From Methanocaldococcus sp. 28A (lineage in GTDB: Archaea > AGJL01 > Methanococci > Methanococcales > Methanocaldococcaceae), in the NCBI GenBank assembly GCA_049852185.1, contig CP187540.1: DNA of 64,000 bases; one strand, written 5' to 3'. Positions 11,466 through 22,615 of the stretch are shown one piece after another (position 1 is the stretch's first letter; the number at the start of each line of letters is the position of its first letter). A model generated the notes under the pieces. It worked only from the letters and a program-made list of their open reading frames with translations. It was not told where the DNA came from and searched no databases. Made by a program: the position numbers and the translations under genes.

Positions 11466-12725
11466 GTGATAACTATGAGGGTTTATGTTGAAGGTTATGG
11501 TTGCGTATTAAATACTGCGGACACTGAAATTATAAAGAATTCTTTAAAAGAATATGGCTTTGAATTAGTTAATAGCTTAGATGAAGCAGATATTGTAATA
11601 ATAAACACATGTGTCGTCAGATTAGAAACTGAAAATAGAATGATTTACAGAATAAATGAGATTAAAAATTTAGGAAAAGACGTTGTAGTTGCAGGATGTT
11701 TGCCAAAAGCTTTAAAGAATAAGGTTAATGGATTTTTACACATATATCCAAGAGAATCCCATAGAGCTGGAGAAATATTGAGAGATTATATTGAAAAGAA
11801 CAAAAGAACAATATATGCTGAAGAAGAAATTAACAAAACACTCTATAGAAAGTTAGATTACTTAAAGCCTTCTTTAATTACACCACTACCAATATGCGAG
11901 GGCTGTTTAGGAAATTGCTCTTATTGTATTGTAAAAATAGCGAGAGGAAATTTAATATCCTACCCAAGGGAAAAAATCGTTAATAAAGCCAAAGAATTGA
12001 TAAGTAAAGGAGTTAAATGCTTATTTATAACCGCCCAAGATACTGCATGTTATGGTTTTGATATTGGAGATAACTTAGCTAATTTGTTAAATGAGTTATC
12101 CCAAATAGACGGAGAATTTATAATGAGAGTTGGAATGATGCATGCAAAAAATGTCCAGCCAATATTGGATGAGCTTATAGAAGCTTATCAAAATGAGAAA
12201 GTTGGAAAATTTTTACATCTCCCTTTACAAAGTGGAGATGATGAAATTCTAAATAAAATGAAGAGAGGATATACAGTAGATGAATTTAAAGAAATTGTTA
12301 ATGAATTTAGAAGAAAAGTTAAAAATCTTTGCTTTACAACAGATATAATTGTTGGATTCCCTGGAGAAACAGAAGAGCAGTTTCAAAATACATTAGAAAT
12401 CTTAAAAGAATTAAAGCCAGATTATATCCATGGAGCTAAGTATTCCCAAAGGAGAGGAACAGAAGCTGCAAAAATGAAACAGGTAGATACAAAAATTAGG
12501 AAAAGAAGAAGTGAAATATTGGATAAATTGAGAAGAGAATTGAGCTATTTAAACAATAAAAAGTACATTGGAAAAACTCTGAGAGTTTTAGTTTTAAATG
12601 AAGGAAAAGGTTATACTGACAATTTCAAAGTCGTTAAGTTTGAAGGAGGAGATGTTGGAGAGTTTAGAAAAGTAAAAATTACAGATGCTAAGACATTTGG
12701 ATTGAGAGGGGAAATTGTTTCCTAA
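11466..12725 (+). CDS. tRNA t6A37 methylthiotransferase (MiaB-like, archaeal e-MtaB type)
   Basis: UPF0004 N-terminal Cys residues, CxxxCxxC (CLGNCSYC), GFPGET and a C-terminal TRAM domain. Confidence 0.88.
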   Translation: MITMRVYVEGYGCVLNTADTEIIKNSLKEYGFELVNSLDEADIVIINTCVVRLETENRMIYRINEIKNLGKDVVVAGCLPKALKNKVNGFLHIYPRESHRAGEILRDYIEKNKRTIYAEEEINKTLYRKLDYLKPSLITPLPICEGCLGNCSYCIVKIARGNLISYPREKIVNKAKELISKGVKCLFITAQDTACYGFDIGDNLANLLNELSQIDGEFIMRVGMMHAKNVQPILDELIEAYQNEKVGKFLHLPLQSGDDEILNKMKRGYTVDEFKEIVNEFRRKVKNLCFTTDIIVGFPGETEEQFQNTLEILKELKPDYIHGAKYSQRRGTEAAKMKQVDTKIRKRRSEILDKLRRELSYLNNKKYIGKTLRVLVLNEGKGYTDNFKVVKFEGGDVGEFRKVKITDAKTFGLRGEIVS

Positions 12726-12738
12726 TTATGCTTTTCTA

Positions 12739-13128
12739 TTACTTCTTTAATTCATTTAAAACTTCATCTAAATCAACTTTTTTAATTTCACCAAATTTAA
12801 CCACATCTCCATCTCCTTCATATCTTGGGATGATATGGAAATGAACATGATTAACCTCTTGCCCAGCAGCTTTTCCATTGTTATTAACTATGTTATATCC
12901 ATCAAAACCTAATTTTTTTAATACCTCAATTGTCTTCTTAACTCCTTTTATAAAATTGCAAAGCTCATCATCTGGCATTTCATCAAATCTTTCATAATGC
13001 TTTTTTGGAATAACTAAAGTATGCCCTCTATTTCTTGGATTTATATCTAAGAAAGCTAAGACATTATCATCTTCATAAACAATCTTTGCTGGAATTTCTC
13101 CATTAACTATTTTGCAGAATATGCACAT
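12739..13128 (-). CDS. HIT family nucleotide hydrolase
   Basis: CIFC start and HVHFHII motif. Confidence 0.95.
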   Translation of the reverse strand: MCIFCKIVNGEIPAKIVYEDDNVLAFLDINPRNRGHTLVIPKKHYERFDEMPDDELCNFIKGVKKTIEVLKKLGFDGYNIVNNNGKAAGQEVNHVHFHIIPRYEGDGDVVKFGEIKKVDLDEVLNELKK

Positions 13129-13137
13129 CTTTTCACC

Positions 13138-13295
13138 TTATTTAATTAACACGTCTTTATACTTAAATAGTAATTCAATTCCATAGGACTCCGTCCTATT
13201 GGGATACTCGGGATGCACTACCTCGCTTACGCTCGGTAGTGCCTCTTTGCTGTTATTTAATTAACACGTCTTTATACTTAAATAGTAATTCAATT
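13138..13295. repeat. 72-bp GC-rich palindromic element (13181-13252) flanked by a perfect 43-bp direct repeat
   Basis: TTATTTAATTAACACGTCTTTATACTTAAATAGTAATTCAATT occurs at 13138-13180 and 13253-13295. Confidence 0.9.
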
Positions 13296-14572
13296 ATAGC
13301 TCTTATATCTTTTCCCTGCATCTTTGCTTCATTTAAATATATATTATACAATTGAGGAGTTAATGGTCTCGGCATAGATTTCCACATTTCAGCATGAATC
13401 AATAAATCAAAACATCTTGCTTCTGCTTCACTCAATCCAAGTTTTTTATATTCACCTTCATGAATCTTATAAAGTAAATTTTCTTCCTTTGGCATAGATA
13501 AAACTAAATTACACAGCTCTGTTGTAGGAATTGGCTCAGCAATGGATACAAAAACGTCATCGAGTTCAGCATCTACAATGAAATCTTTAGTTAATAGATA
13601 ATCCATCTCTGTCTCTGTTGGATATGCAACTATAAAGCTTCCTGCAACTTTAACTCCACAGTCCTTTGCTAATTTTATTGCATCTAAATTTTTTTCCCTA
13701 TTAGTTCCTTTTTTCATATCTTTTAAAATTTTATTACTTCCACTTTCAATTCCATAAAACACCCATCCAATTGTGTAATTCTTTATAGCCTCTAATATAT
13801 CCTCATCAACATAATCAACTCTCATATCTGGAACTGATAAATTGTTTTTACCAACAATCTCAGATATCTTTTCCAAAAGTTCAAAAAACTTATTTCTATT
13901 TACTGATTTTTTGAAGCCATATAAACTTCCAGTTCCTCCACTTATTGCTATTCTTTTTGCTCCATATCTTTTGAATGCCTTAACTTCTTCAACAACATCC
14001 TCAACATCTCTACTCCTAATATTCTTTCCAAAAAACTTTGGAACTTGACAAAATGTGCAATTTCCTAAACATCCTCTGTGCGTTTCAATATAAACATTAG
14101 CCCCCCTAACTGATTGTTGCCCTATGTCTTTTGGTATCAATGGGAGAGGATGATTTAGCTCAGGTTTTTCTTTTGGGTAATTTATTACAATCTCTTCTCC
14201 ATCTCTATAAGCTAAGCCCTCCTTATCTCCTTCAATAATTTTTGGTGTTGTTATCTCTCCCTCTCCAACTATAACTCCATCTACATTTAGTTCATTTAAA
14301 ATAATCTCTGGATAAGCTGAAACACATCCAGCAACATAAACTTTGGTTTTATTTTTTCTTACTTTTTTTATAAAATCTATTGTTTCTCTAATCCTTTTAT
14401 CCAATATATGCAAAGTTGAATATAGGCTAAATATAACAACATCTGACTTTAAAAATAATGTTTTATCTATTTTTCTAACTAAATAAACACTATAACCCAT
14501 ATTTTTTAAAATTCCGCCAATAAGCATAGAGCCATAGGTATAAACATCTGGACTGTAAATTGTGATTTTCAT
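13253..14572 (-). CDS. Cobalamin-dependent radical SAM protein, MJ0865 family (likely methyl-CoM reductase glutamine C-methyltransferase)
   Basis: N-terminal B12-binding-like region, GEGE, RGCLGNCTFC and GIESG motifs. Confidence 0.8.
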   Translation of the reverse strand: MKITIYSPDVYTYGSMLIGGILKNMGYSVYLVRKIDKTLFLKSDVVIFSLYSTLHILDKRIRETIDFIKKVRKNKTKVYVAGCVSAYPEIILNELNVDGVIVGEGEITTPKIIEGDKEGLAYRDGEEIVINYPKEKPELNHPLPLIPKDIGQQSVRGANVYIETHRGCLGNCTFCQVPKFFGKNIRSRDVEDVVEEVKAFKRYGAKRIAISGGTGSLYGFKKSVNRNKFFELLEKISEIVGKNNLSVPDMRVDYVDEDILEAIKNYTIGWVFYGIESGSNKILKDMKKGTNREKNLDAIKLAKDCGVKVAGSFIVAYPTETEMDYLLTKDFIVDAELDDVFVSIAEPIPTTELCNLVLSMPKEENLLYKIHEGEYKKLGLSEAEARCFDLLIHAEMWKSMPRPLTPQLYNIYLNEAKMQGKDIRAIIELLFKYKDVLIK

Positions 14573-14749
14573 CCAATCCCCTTTAATTTTATTAAAAATT
14601 ATCTAAACAAAGTTAATCTTAATTTTTTTCTATTTTTTTAATTTTAAAAATTTATTTATAACAAAGTATTTTACAACTGTCTAATATCAACATTCGAAGT
14701 TTCTAACTATATATATAATATTCCCAAACCAATAATGTGAGGTGATACT

Positions 14750-15310
14750 ATGGCAGTGATAAAATTGGATAAAGTAAATAAAAACTTTGTAAATGAAGTT
14801 ATTGAAGCAGGGAAGTTGGTTTTAGGAGAAGATGTCGTAAAATCAATTAAAGCATGTTATCAATGTGGAACTTGCACTGGTAGCTGCCCAAGTGGAAGAA
14901 GAACAGCTTACAGAACAAGAAAAGTTTTAAGAAAGGTTTTGTTAGGTTTAGATGATGTTTTAGATACTGATGATATTTGGTATTGCACAACTTGTTATAC
15001 ATGCTACGAAAGATGTCCAAGAGAAGTTAAAATAACTGAAATAATAAAGACATTAAGAAATATTGCAACTCAAAAAGGAAACATGGCTTTAGCACATAGA
15101 AAAACAGCTTCTTATGTTTTAAGATTTGGACATGCAGTTCCTGCAAACAAACAGATTGTTGAATTGAGAGGAAAACTTGGATTACCAGCAAAGTCTCCAA
15201 CAGCTCAATTCAGTGAAAAAGACTTAGAAGAAGTTAGAACATTAATTAAAGAGTTAGAATTTGATAAATTAATTGGATTTGACTGGGAAAAAATGGACTT
15301 AAAGGAATAA
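14750..15310 (+). CDS. hdrC: Heterodisulfide reductase subunit C
   Basis: [12 protein letters not shown] and [12 protein letters not shown] motifs. Confidence 0.95.
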   Translation: MAVIKLDKVNKNFVNEVIEAGKLVLGEDVVKSIKACYQCGTCTGSCPSGRRTAYRTRKVLRKVLLGLDDVLDTDDIWYCTTCYTCYERCPREVKITEIIKTLRNIATQKGNMALAHRKTASYVLRFGHAVPANKQIVELRGKLGLPAKSPTAQFSEKDLEEVRTLIKELEFDKLIGFDWEKMDLKE

Positions 15311-15341
15311 AATAAATAAAATAATAAAATTTGGTGATAAG

Positions 15342-16229
15342 ATGAAATATGCATTCTTCTTAGGATGTATCATGCCACACAGATACCCTGGAGTTGAGTT
15401 GGCTACAAAAAAGGTTATGGAAGAGTTAGGAGTTGAGTTAGAATACATGCCTGGAGCATCATGCTGTCCTGCTCCTGGTGTTTTTGGTTCATTCGACCAA
15501 AAAACATGGCTAACTTTAGCAGCAAGGAACTTATGCATTGCTGAAGAGATGGGGTTAGATATTGTAACCGTATGTAATGGATGTTATGGTTCTTTGTTTG
15601 AGGCAGCTCATATCTTACATGAAAATAAAGAGGCATTGGACTTTGTAAATGAAAAGTTAGACAAGATTGGTAAGCAATATAAGGGAACTGTCAAAGTTTT
15701 ACATCTTGCTGAATTACTCTATAAAGAGATTGGTACTGAAAAGATTAAAGAGAAAGTTGTAAAACCATTAAACAATTTAAATGTCGCTATTCACTACGGA
15801 TGCCACTTATTAAAACCATGTGATGTTAAGCATCTTGACAGTCCAGAAAGACCAACATTATTAGAGGATATTGTTACTGCAACAGGAGCTAAGCCAGTTA
15901 TCTATAAAGATTATTTAATGTGCTGTGGAGCTGGAGGAGGTGTTAGAGCAAGATTCTTACAAATAGCATTAGACATGACAAGAGAAAAAATAAGAAATAT
16001 GTTAGAGGTTAATGCTGACTGTATAGTTAATGTCTGTCCATTCTGTCACTTACAGTTTGATAGAGGACAAATCGAAATTAAGGAGAAGTTTGGTGAAGAA
16101 TACAAGTTGCCAGTTTTACATTTAAGCCAGTTGTTAGGTTTAGCATTTGGAATGAAACCAGAAGAGTTAGCTGTTAGCGTTCATGCAATCCCAGTAGACC
16201 CAGTTTTAAAGAAATTAGGAATAGAATAA
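15342..16229 (+). CDS. hdrB: Heterodisulfide reductase subunit B
   Basis: Two CCG domains ([15 protein letters not shown]) and CPFCHLQFD. Confidence 0.95.
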   Translation: MKYAFFLGCIMPHRYPGVELATKKVMEELGVELEYMPGASCCPAPGVFGSFDQKTWLTLAARNLCIAEEMGLDIVTVCNGCYGSLFEAAHILHENKEALDFVNEKLDKIGKQYKGTVKVLHLAELLYKEIGTEKIKEKVVKPLNNLNVAIHYGCHLLKPCDVKHLDSPERPTLLEDIVTATGAKPVIYKDYLMCCGAGGGVRARFLQIALDMTREKIRNMLEVNADCIVNVCPFCHLQFDRGQIEIKEKFGEEYKLPVLHLSQLLGLAFGMKPEELAVSVHAIPVDPVLKKLGIE

Positions 16230-16393
16230 ATCATTAGATTAAAATCAATTTTTTTATTTTTATTTTTTATTTTATCTCTTTTTTTTAGATTTTTTATAAG
16301 GTCAATACTAACTTTTTTAAATGTTTATTTTCAATTTGTATTAAAAATTTTCAACAGAGTGGAGAAAATATTTATATAGTAATTGGTGAAATT

Positions 16394-17467
16394 ATGGTTA
16401 ATAATAGAAATGAGATTGAAGTTAGAAAATTAGAACATATATTTTTATGTAGTTACTGCAATGTTGAATATGAAAAAACAACCTTATTAGAGGATATTGA
16501 GCTAATACATAAAGGAATCTGTGGGATTAATTTTGATGACATAGATACAGAAATAGAATTATTTGGAAAACATTTATCTGCTCCAATTATTGTTTCTGGT
16601 ATGACTGGAGGACATAGCAAGGCAAAGGAAATAAATAAAAATATTGCTAAGGCAGTTGAAGAACTTGGCTTAGGAATGGGCGTAGGTTCTCAAAGGGCAG
16701 CCATTGTTAATGAAGATTTGATAGATACATATAGCATTGTTAGAGATTATACAAACAATTTAATTATAGGTAATTTAGGAGCAGTTAACTTTATAGTTGA
16801 TGATTGGGATGAAGAGATAATTGACAAAGCTGTTGAGATGATAGATGCCGATGCTATTGCCATTCATTTCAACCCATTACAAGAAGTTATACAGCCAGAA
16901 GGTGATTTAAACTTTAAAAACATCTATAAGCTTAAAGAAGTTATTTCAAATTACAAAAAAGGCTATAAAAACATTCCATTTATTGCTAAACAAGTTGGAG
17001 AAGGATTTTCAAAAGAAGATGCATTAATTTTAAAAAATATTGGCTTTGATGCAATTGACATCCAAGGAAGCGGAGGCTCTTCATGGGCAAAGGTTGAATA
17101 TTACAGAGTTAAAGATGAAAACATTAAAAATTTAGTAAAAAAATTTACTAATTGGGGAATTCCTACAGCTGCTTCAATATTTGAAGTAAAAAGTGTTTAT
17201 AATGGCATAGTTATTGGTTCTGGAGGCTTAAGATGTGGTTTAGATATGGCTAAGTGCATAGCAATTGGCTGTGATTGTTGTGCTGTTGCTCTGCCTATAT
17301 TGAAAGCTTCTCTAAAGGGATGGGAAGAAGTTGTTAAAGTTTTAGAAAATTACATAAAAGAATTAAAGATAACTATGTTTTTAGTTGGAGCTGAGAATAT
17401 TGAAGAGCTTAAAAAAACACCTTATGTAGTTAAAGGAACTTTAAAAGAATGGATTTCTCAGAGATGA
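16394..17467 (+). CDS. fni: Type 2 isopentenyl-diphosphate isomerase
   Basis: GMTGG, GVGSQR and NPLQE motifs. Confidence 0.96.
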   Translation: MVNNRNEIEVRKLEHIFLCSYCNVEYEKTTLLEDIELIHKGICGINFDDIDTEIELFGKHLSAPIIVSGMTGGHSKAKEINKNIAKAVEELGLGMGVGSQRAAIVNEDLIDTYSIVRDYTNNLIIGNLGAVNFIVDDWDEEIIDKAVEMIDADAIAIHFNPLQEVIQPEGDLNFKNIYKLKEVISNYKKGYKNIPFIAKQVGEGFSKEDALILKNIGFDAIDIQGSGGSSWAKVEYYRVKDENIKNLVKKFTNWGIPTAASIFEVKSVYNGIVIGSGGLRCGLDMAKCIAIGCDCCAVALPILKASLKGWEEVVKVLENYIKELKITMFLVGAENIEELKKTPYVVKGTLKEWISQR

Positions 17468-17514
17468 AATAAAGTTTTATTGTTAATCCTGTTATCACAT
17501 TGATTTTATTTGAA

Positions 17515-17648
17515 TAGGATTTTCGTAGGAATAACCATAGTTTTGTGCAAAAGGATATGAATTGAGTAATGAATATCTTCCTTTGGAAGAATTTCAAATT
17601 TTTAACATCATAAATATTTTAAATGAAATATAAATTGCGAAAGTCTCA
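17515..17648. mobile_element. Degenerate MITE with family B ends and an internal family A end
   Basis: TAGGATTTTCGTA...TGCGAAAGTCTCA with internal TAGTTTTGTGCAAAA. Confidence 0.55.
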
Positions 17649-17866
17649 ATATATGATACCTTTAGATTCAAAATTACCATAATACCTCACCATATTAAAG
17701 TGAATTCAAACAGTTAATTCTTTAATTGGCATATAAACTGCGAAAATTCTATTTATCTTAGATGTTCGTTTATAAATTTATTTAAAACAATTAAATATTT
17801 GCAGATACAAATACAAAAAATTAAAGAATTTATAAAATTAAAATAAAAATTAAAGGATGTGAGAGT

Positions 17867-19213
17867 GTGAAATTAGAAATTATTGCAATTGGTGGTTATG
17901 AAGAAGTTGGAAGAAATATGACTGCTGTTAATGTAGATGGAGAAATTATAATATTAGATATGGGAATTAGATTAGATAGAGTTTTAATCCACGAAGATAC
18001 TGATATATCAAAACTTCATAGCTTAGAGTTAATTGAAAAGGGAATAATCCCAAACGATACAGTTATGAAAAATATAGAAGGGGAAGTTAAAGCCATTGTT
18101 TTATCTCATGGCCACTTAGACCACATTGGGGCTGTTCCTAAATTAGCTCATAGATATAATGCTCCAATCATTGGAACTCCATACACAATTGAGTTAATTA
18201 AGAGAGAAATCTTAAGTGAAAAAAAATTTGACGTTAGAAATCCTTTAATTGTTTTAAATGCTGGAGAATCTATTGATTTAACTCCAAACATAACATTAGA
18301 GTTTATTAGAATAACTCACAGTATTCCTGACTCTGTTTTGCCTGTTTTACATACTCCTTACGGAGCTATAGTATATGGAAATGACTTTAAATTTGATAAT
18401 TTTCCTGTTGTTGGAGAGAGACCTGATTATAGAGCTATAAAAAAAGTTGGTAAGAATGGGGTTTTATGCTTTATATCAGAAACAACAAGAATAAACCACG
18501 AAGGAAAAACTCCGCCAGAGATTATTGCTTCTGGTTTATTGAAAAATGATTTATTAGCTGCTGACAATGATAAAAATGGTATTATTGTAACTACTTTCTC
18601 TTCTCACATTGCAAGGATAAAATCTATAACTGATATAGCTGAAAAAATGGATAGAACTCCTGTTTTATTAGGAAGAAGTATGATAAGATATTGTGGAATA
18701 GCCCAAGATATTGGAATAGTTAAATTTCCAGATAATTTAAGAATTTATGGAGACCCAAGTTCCATAGAAATGGCTTTAAAGAATATAGCTAAAGAAGGTA
18801 AGGAAAAATATCTAATAATAGCAACAGGACATCAAGGAGAAGATGGCGCTGTGCTATCAAGAATGGCTACTAACAAAACACCATACAAGTTTGATAAATA
18901 TGATTGTGTTGTATTTTCAGCAGACCCTATTCCAAACCCAATAAACGCTGCCCAAAGGTATATGCTAGAATCAAGATTAAAATTGTTAGGAGTTAGAATA
19001 TTTAAAGGGGCTCACGTCTCTGGACACGCCGCAAAAGAAGACCATAGAGATATGTTGAGATGGTTGAATCCTGAACACATAATCCCTTCACATGGTGACT
19101 TCAATTTAACTGCTGAATATACAAAATTAGCTGAAGAAGAGGGATATAGATTAGGAGAAGATGTCCATTTATTAAGAAATGGACAATGCTTAAGCTTTGA
19201 AAGAATTATATAA
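17867..19213 (+). CDS. rnj: Ribonuclease J (beta-CASP)
   Basis: GGYEEVGRN, HGHLDHIG, HSIPD and HVSGH motifs. Confidence 0.93.
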   Translation: MKLEIIAIGGYEEVGRNMTAVNVDGEIIILDMGIRLDRVLIHEDTDISKLHSLELIEKGIIPNDTVMKNIEGEVKAIVLSHGHLDHIGAVPKLAHRYNAPIIGTPYTIELIKREILSEKKFDVRNPLIVLNAGESIDLTPNITLEFIRITHSIPDSVLPVLHTPYGAIVYGNDFKFDNFPVVGERPDYRAIKKVGKNGVLCFISETTRINHEGKTPPEIIASGLLKNDLLAADNDKNGIIVTTFSSHIARIKSITDIAEKMDRTPVLLGRSMIRYCGIAQDIGIVKFPDNLRIYGDPSSIEMALKNIAKEGKEKYLIIATGHQGEDGAVLSRMATNKTPYKFDKYDCVVFSADPIPNPINAAQRYMLESRLKLLGVRIFKGAHVSGHAAKEDHRDMLRWLNPEHIIPSHGDFNLTAEYTKLAEEEGYRLGEDVHLLRNGQCLSFERII

Positions 19214-19251
19214 ATAATATAACTTTTTAATAATTTAATAAATGAGGTGGA

Positions 19252-20208
19252 ATGATGCTATTTGATAAAAACATATTACAAAAAATAGATGAGGAATTAA
19301 AAACTTATGTAAATAAGGATGATAAGTTATATAATGCATCAAAACATCTTTTGTTTGCTGGAGGAAAAAGGATTAGACCATATTTAGCCGTTGCCACTTA
19401 TAAGCTAAAGAAAGATGATATTGACGAAGTGTTACCTGCTGCTGTAAGTGTTGAACTCATACACAACTATACATTAATACACGACGACATTATGGATAAC
19501 GATGATGAAAGAAGAGGAAAGAAAACAGTTCATGTAGTTTATGGGGAACCAATGGCAATATTGGCTGGAGATTTATTATATGCAAAAGCTTTTGAAGCTA
19601 TTTCAAGAATAAAAGATGCTAAAAAAGCTCATGAAGTTTTAAAAATCTTATCAAAAGCGTGTGTTGATGTTTGTGAAGGTCAAGCAATGGATATGGAGTT
19701 TGAAAACTATTATCCTACAATGGAGGAATACTTAATAATGATTAGAAAAAAGACAGGAGCTTTATTAGAAGCTTCTGTAGAGATTGGGGCAATAATGTCA
19801 GATTGTAATGAAGAAGAAAAAAAAGCGTTGAAAGAATATGCAACAAGGATTGGATTAACTTTCCAAATACAGGATGATATATTAGATTTAATTGGAGATA
19901 AAAAGAAGATAGGTAAGCCAGTTGGTAGTGATATAAGGGAAGGTAAGAAAACTATAATTGTAATTCATGCTTTAAAAACATTAGATGAAGATAAAAAGAA
20001 AAGGTTATTAGAAATTTTAGGAAATAAAGATATTGGAGATGAAGAGATTAAAGAGGCTATTGATATATTGAAGCCTTCAATAGAATATGCAAAAGAGCTT
20101 ATGAAACAAACAACAGAAGAAGCAAAGAACTATTTAAAGATATTTGATAAAGATAGAAGAAAAGTTTTAGAAGATTTAGCAGATTTTATAATGGATAGGA
20201 TTTATTAA
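19252..20208 (+). CDS. idsA: Geranylgeranyl diphosphate synthase
   Basis: GGKRIRP, HDDIMDND and QIQDD motifs. Confidence 0.95.
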   Translation: MMLFDKNILQKIDEELKTYVNKDDKLYNASKHLLFAGGKRIRPYLAVATYKLKKDDIDEVLPAAVSVELIHNYTLIHDDIMDNDDERRGKKTVHVVYGEPMAILAGDLLYAKAFEAISRIKDAKKAHEVLKILSKACVDVCEGQAMDMEFENYYPTMEEYLIMIRKKTGALLEASVEIGAIMSDCNEEEKKALKEYATRIGLTFQIQDDILDLIGDKKKIGKPVGSDIREGKKTIIVIHALKTLDEDKKKRLLEILGNKDIGDEEIKEAIDILKPSIEYAKELMKQTTEEAKNYLKIFDKDRRKVLEDLADFIMDRIY

Positions 20209-20413
20209 TGTTAAGGTAAGAAATTATTTAATAGACAGTTAGTTGGTTCTTTCAATATTTTTAAAATCTTATTTTGTATGGAATAATATAGAAACTAAAA
20301 ACGAATAAATAAAAGAAAAAATGGAAATCTCCTATATATTATTATCAAATTAATCACCTTAATAGAAAATATTATATTTTTATTCCTTTATTATTTTCAA
20401 AATCAATTTCTAA

Positions 20414-22378
20414 GTGGTTTTTATGGAATTTAAAAGATATATTATAGAAAAGTTTCCATATCCCAAAATTAGAGAGCCTCAAAAAAAAATGATGCTAAAA
20501 ATTTACGAATGTATAAAAAACAGGAGAAATTTGATAATTGAAGCTCCTACAGGTGTTGGAAAAACCCTCGGCTACTTAATTCCAGCATTATATTTTGCAG
20601 AAAGAGGGAAAAGAGTTTTAATATTAACTGAAACAATAGACCAGCAGGTTAGGATATATGAGGACTTAAGCTCTCTAAAGCATAATTTAAAAATTGGGTT
20701 TCTTATGGGAAAAAGTAACTTTATTTGCAAGTCAAAAGGAGGTAAAGCTAATAGATTATATTGCCAATTGAATAAAAAATGCAAATATAGGCCCAATAGA
20801 AGACCCATCTGCTATTGTGGTACAAAAAAACAGCAAATAAATTTAGGAGATAAAGTAATTTATTACTGTCCATTTTGCACGTGTGATTATCAAAAGGCAA
20901 AAATTGAAAGTATCTTAGCTGATATTATTGTAATGAATAACAGCATGTTTTACTATGCAAAGGAAGATATTGAGGTAAAAAGAGATATTGATATAATTAT
21001 TTGTGACGAAGCTCACAAATTAGAGAATAGCATAAGAAATGCATCAACAATAACCATTAATCCAGATTTAGCAATTAATAGATTAAAATATATGGCTATC
21101 TATTATGCCCCAAATATTTTAAAAAAGAGATTAAATACTGAAGATGAAAATTTTTGGGAAATTATTGAGATGTATTTAATAAGTAGAGGTATAGATATAG
21201 ATATTTGCAAAGATACTATTATTTATACTGGAGAAGATTTAAATTCTTGGAAATATAAAACTGAATTGGCTGTATTAGGGGCTATTTTAGATGGGTATTA
21301 TCAAATAAATAATATAAAGAACAAAATATTAAGATTTAGTGAAAATGAAGAGATTAGATATGAGGAGCTTAGATTTGAAATTGATAATAAGGCGTTAATT
21401 GCTATAGAGCTTGATTTTATCCATAAAAAGAGATTATCAGATTTATATCTCTTAGAATTTATAGAAAATATCAAAAATTTAAGATATATTAATGAAAACT
21501 ATGTGATTTATAGAAGCGGAAATTCCTTATTATGTGAGCCAGTTTTTGTTAGCTCTCATTTAAAAGAGCTTTATGGCAATTCGGTAGTTATTCACTGCTC
21601 AGCAACTATTGGAAATTTAAAAATGCATGCCTTAAAAACAGGAGTTGAAAATCCAGAATTTTTAATTTTAGAAAGCCCTTTTCCAAAAAATAGGAAGAAA
21701 ATTATAGCTCTAAAAGATGGCGTTGATATGAAGTATGAAAAAAAAGATAGAGAAAAAGCAAATAAAAATTTATTAAAAATATTGGAAGCAATAAATGGAA
21801 ATTCATTGGTCCTATTTAAGAGCTTTGAGGATTTAGATAGCTTTTACAAATTCTTAAAAAAAGAAATAACAAAAACAAATATTAAAAATAAAAATATTCA
21901 CGTGTATGAACAGGGAATGGATGGAAAGGAAGCTAAAGAGCTAAAAGAAAGATTTGAAAAAATTGGAGGGATTTTATTAGCAACTGGAAGATTTGCTGAG
22001 GGTGTTGATATCCCTGGAGAAGCATTGGTTGGTGTTGTTATAGATGCTTTACCTTTCCCTGTTCCTACACCTTTAATATTAAGAGAACAAAAAATATTAG
22101 AAGAGAAATTTAAAAGTAGATGTCTTAGAGATGCCCATTGGAGAGCTTTTTTAATGACATCATTTGATAGAATGGCAAGAACATTAGTGCAAATGATTGG
22201 AAGATTAATAAGAACAGAGAATGATTATGGAGTTGTAGTTATACAAGATAAGAGGTTTGCAGATTGGGCTGGGAGAGTTATGAAAGAAAAAGGTTATTTA
22301 AAAGATAATTATGAGGTTATGAGCTTAGATATTGCCATAAACTATATTTCTAAGTTTATGAGCCAATTTGAAAAATAA
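20414..22378 (+). CDS. XPD/DinG-family helicase with a Cys-rich Fe-S region
   Basis: APTGVGKT, DEAH, EGVD and QMIGRLIR motifs. Confidence 0.92.
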   Translation: MVFMEFKRYIIEKFPYPKIREPQKKMMLKIYECIKNRRNLIIEAPTGVGKTLGYLIPALYFAERGKRVLILTETIDQQVRIYEDLSSLKHNLKIGFLMGKSNFICKSKGGKANRLYCQLNKKCKYRPNRRPICYCGTKKQQINLGDKVIYYCPFCTCDYQKAKIESILADIIVMNNSMFYYAKEDIEVKRDIDIIICDEAHKLENSIRNASTITINPDLAINRLKYMAIYYAPNILKKRLNTEDENFWEIIEMYLISRGIDIDICKDTIIYTGEDLNSWKYKTELAVLGAILDGYYQINNIKNKILRFSENEEIRYEELRFEIDNKALIAIELDFIHKKRLSDLYLLEFIENIKNLRYINENYVIYRSGNSLLCEPVFVSSHLKELYGNSVVIHCSATIGNLKMHALKTGVENPEFLILESPFPKNRKKIIALKDGVDMKYEKKDREKANKNLLKILEAINGNSLVLFKSFEDLDSFYKFLKKEITKTNIKNKNIHVYEQGMDGKEAKELKERFEKIGGILLATGRFAEGVDIPGEALVGVVIDALPFPVPTPLILREQKILEEKFKSRCLRDAHWRAFLMTSFDRMARTLVQMIGRLIRTENDYGVVVIQDKRFADWAGRVMKEKGYLKDNYEVMSLDIAINYISKFMSQFEK

Positions 22379-22432
22379 TAACTTTTAATTTATACATTTA
22401 AATTAATTAATATAACATCTAAAAATAAAAAA

Positions 22433-22510
22433 TGGTAGGGCGGCGGGGATTCGAACCCCGGACCACTCGGTTATCAGCCGAGCACTCTAACCAGGCTGAG
22501 CCACCGCCCT
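22433..22510 (-). tRNA. tRNA-Ile(GAT)
   Basis: Cloverleaf with anticodon arm CTCGG-CT-GAT-AA-CCGAG; CCA encoded. Confidence 0.96.
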
Positions 22511-22615
22511 ACAAGTGAAAGCAGAAATTAAATAATAATAACTAATATATATACTTTTCGTTTATTAATTAATTTTAATTTATTGTTTCTCTTTATTAGC
22601 TTTATACATTGCTTC

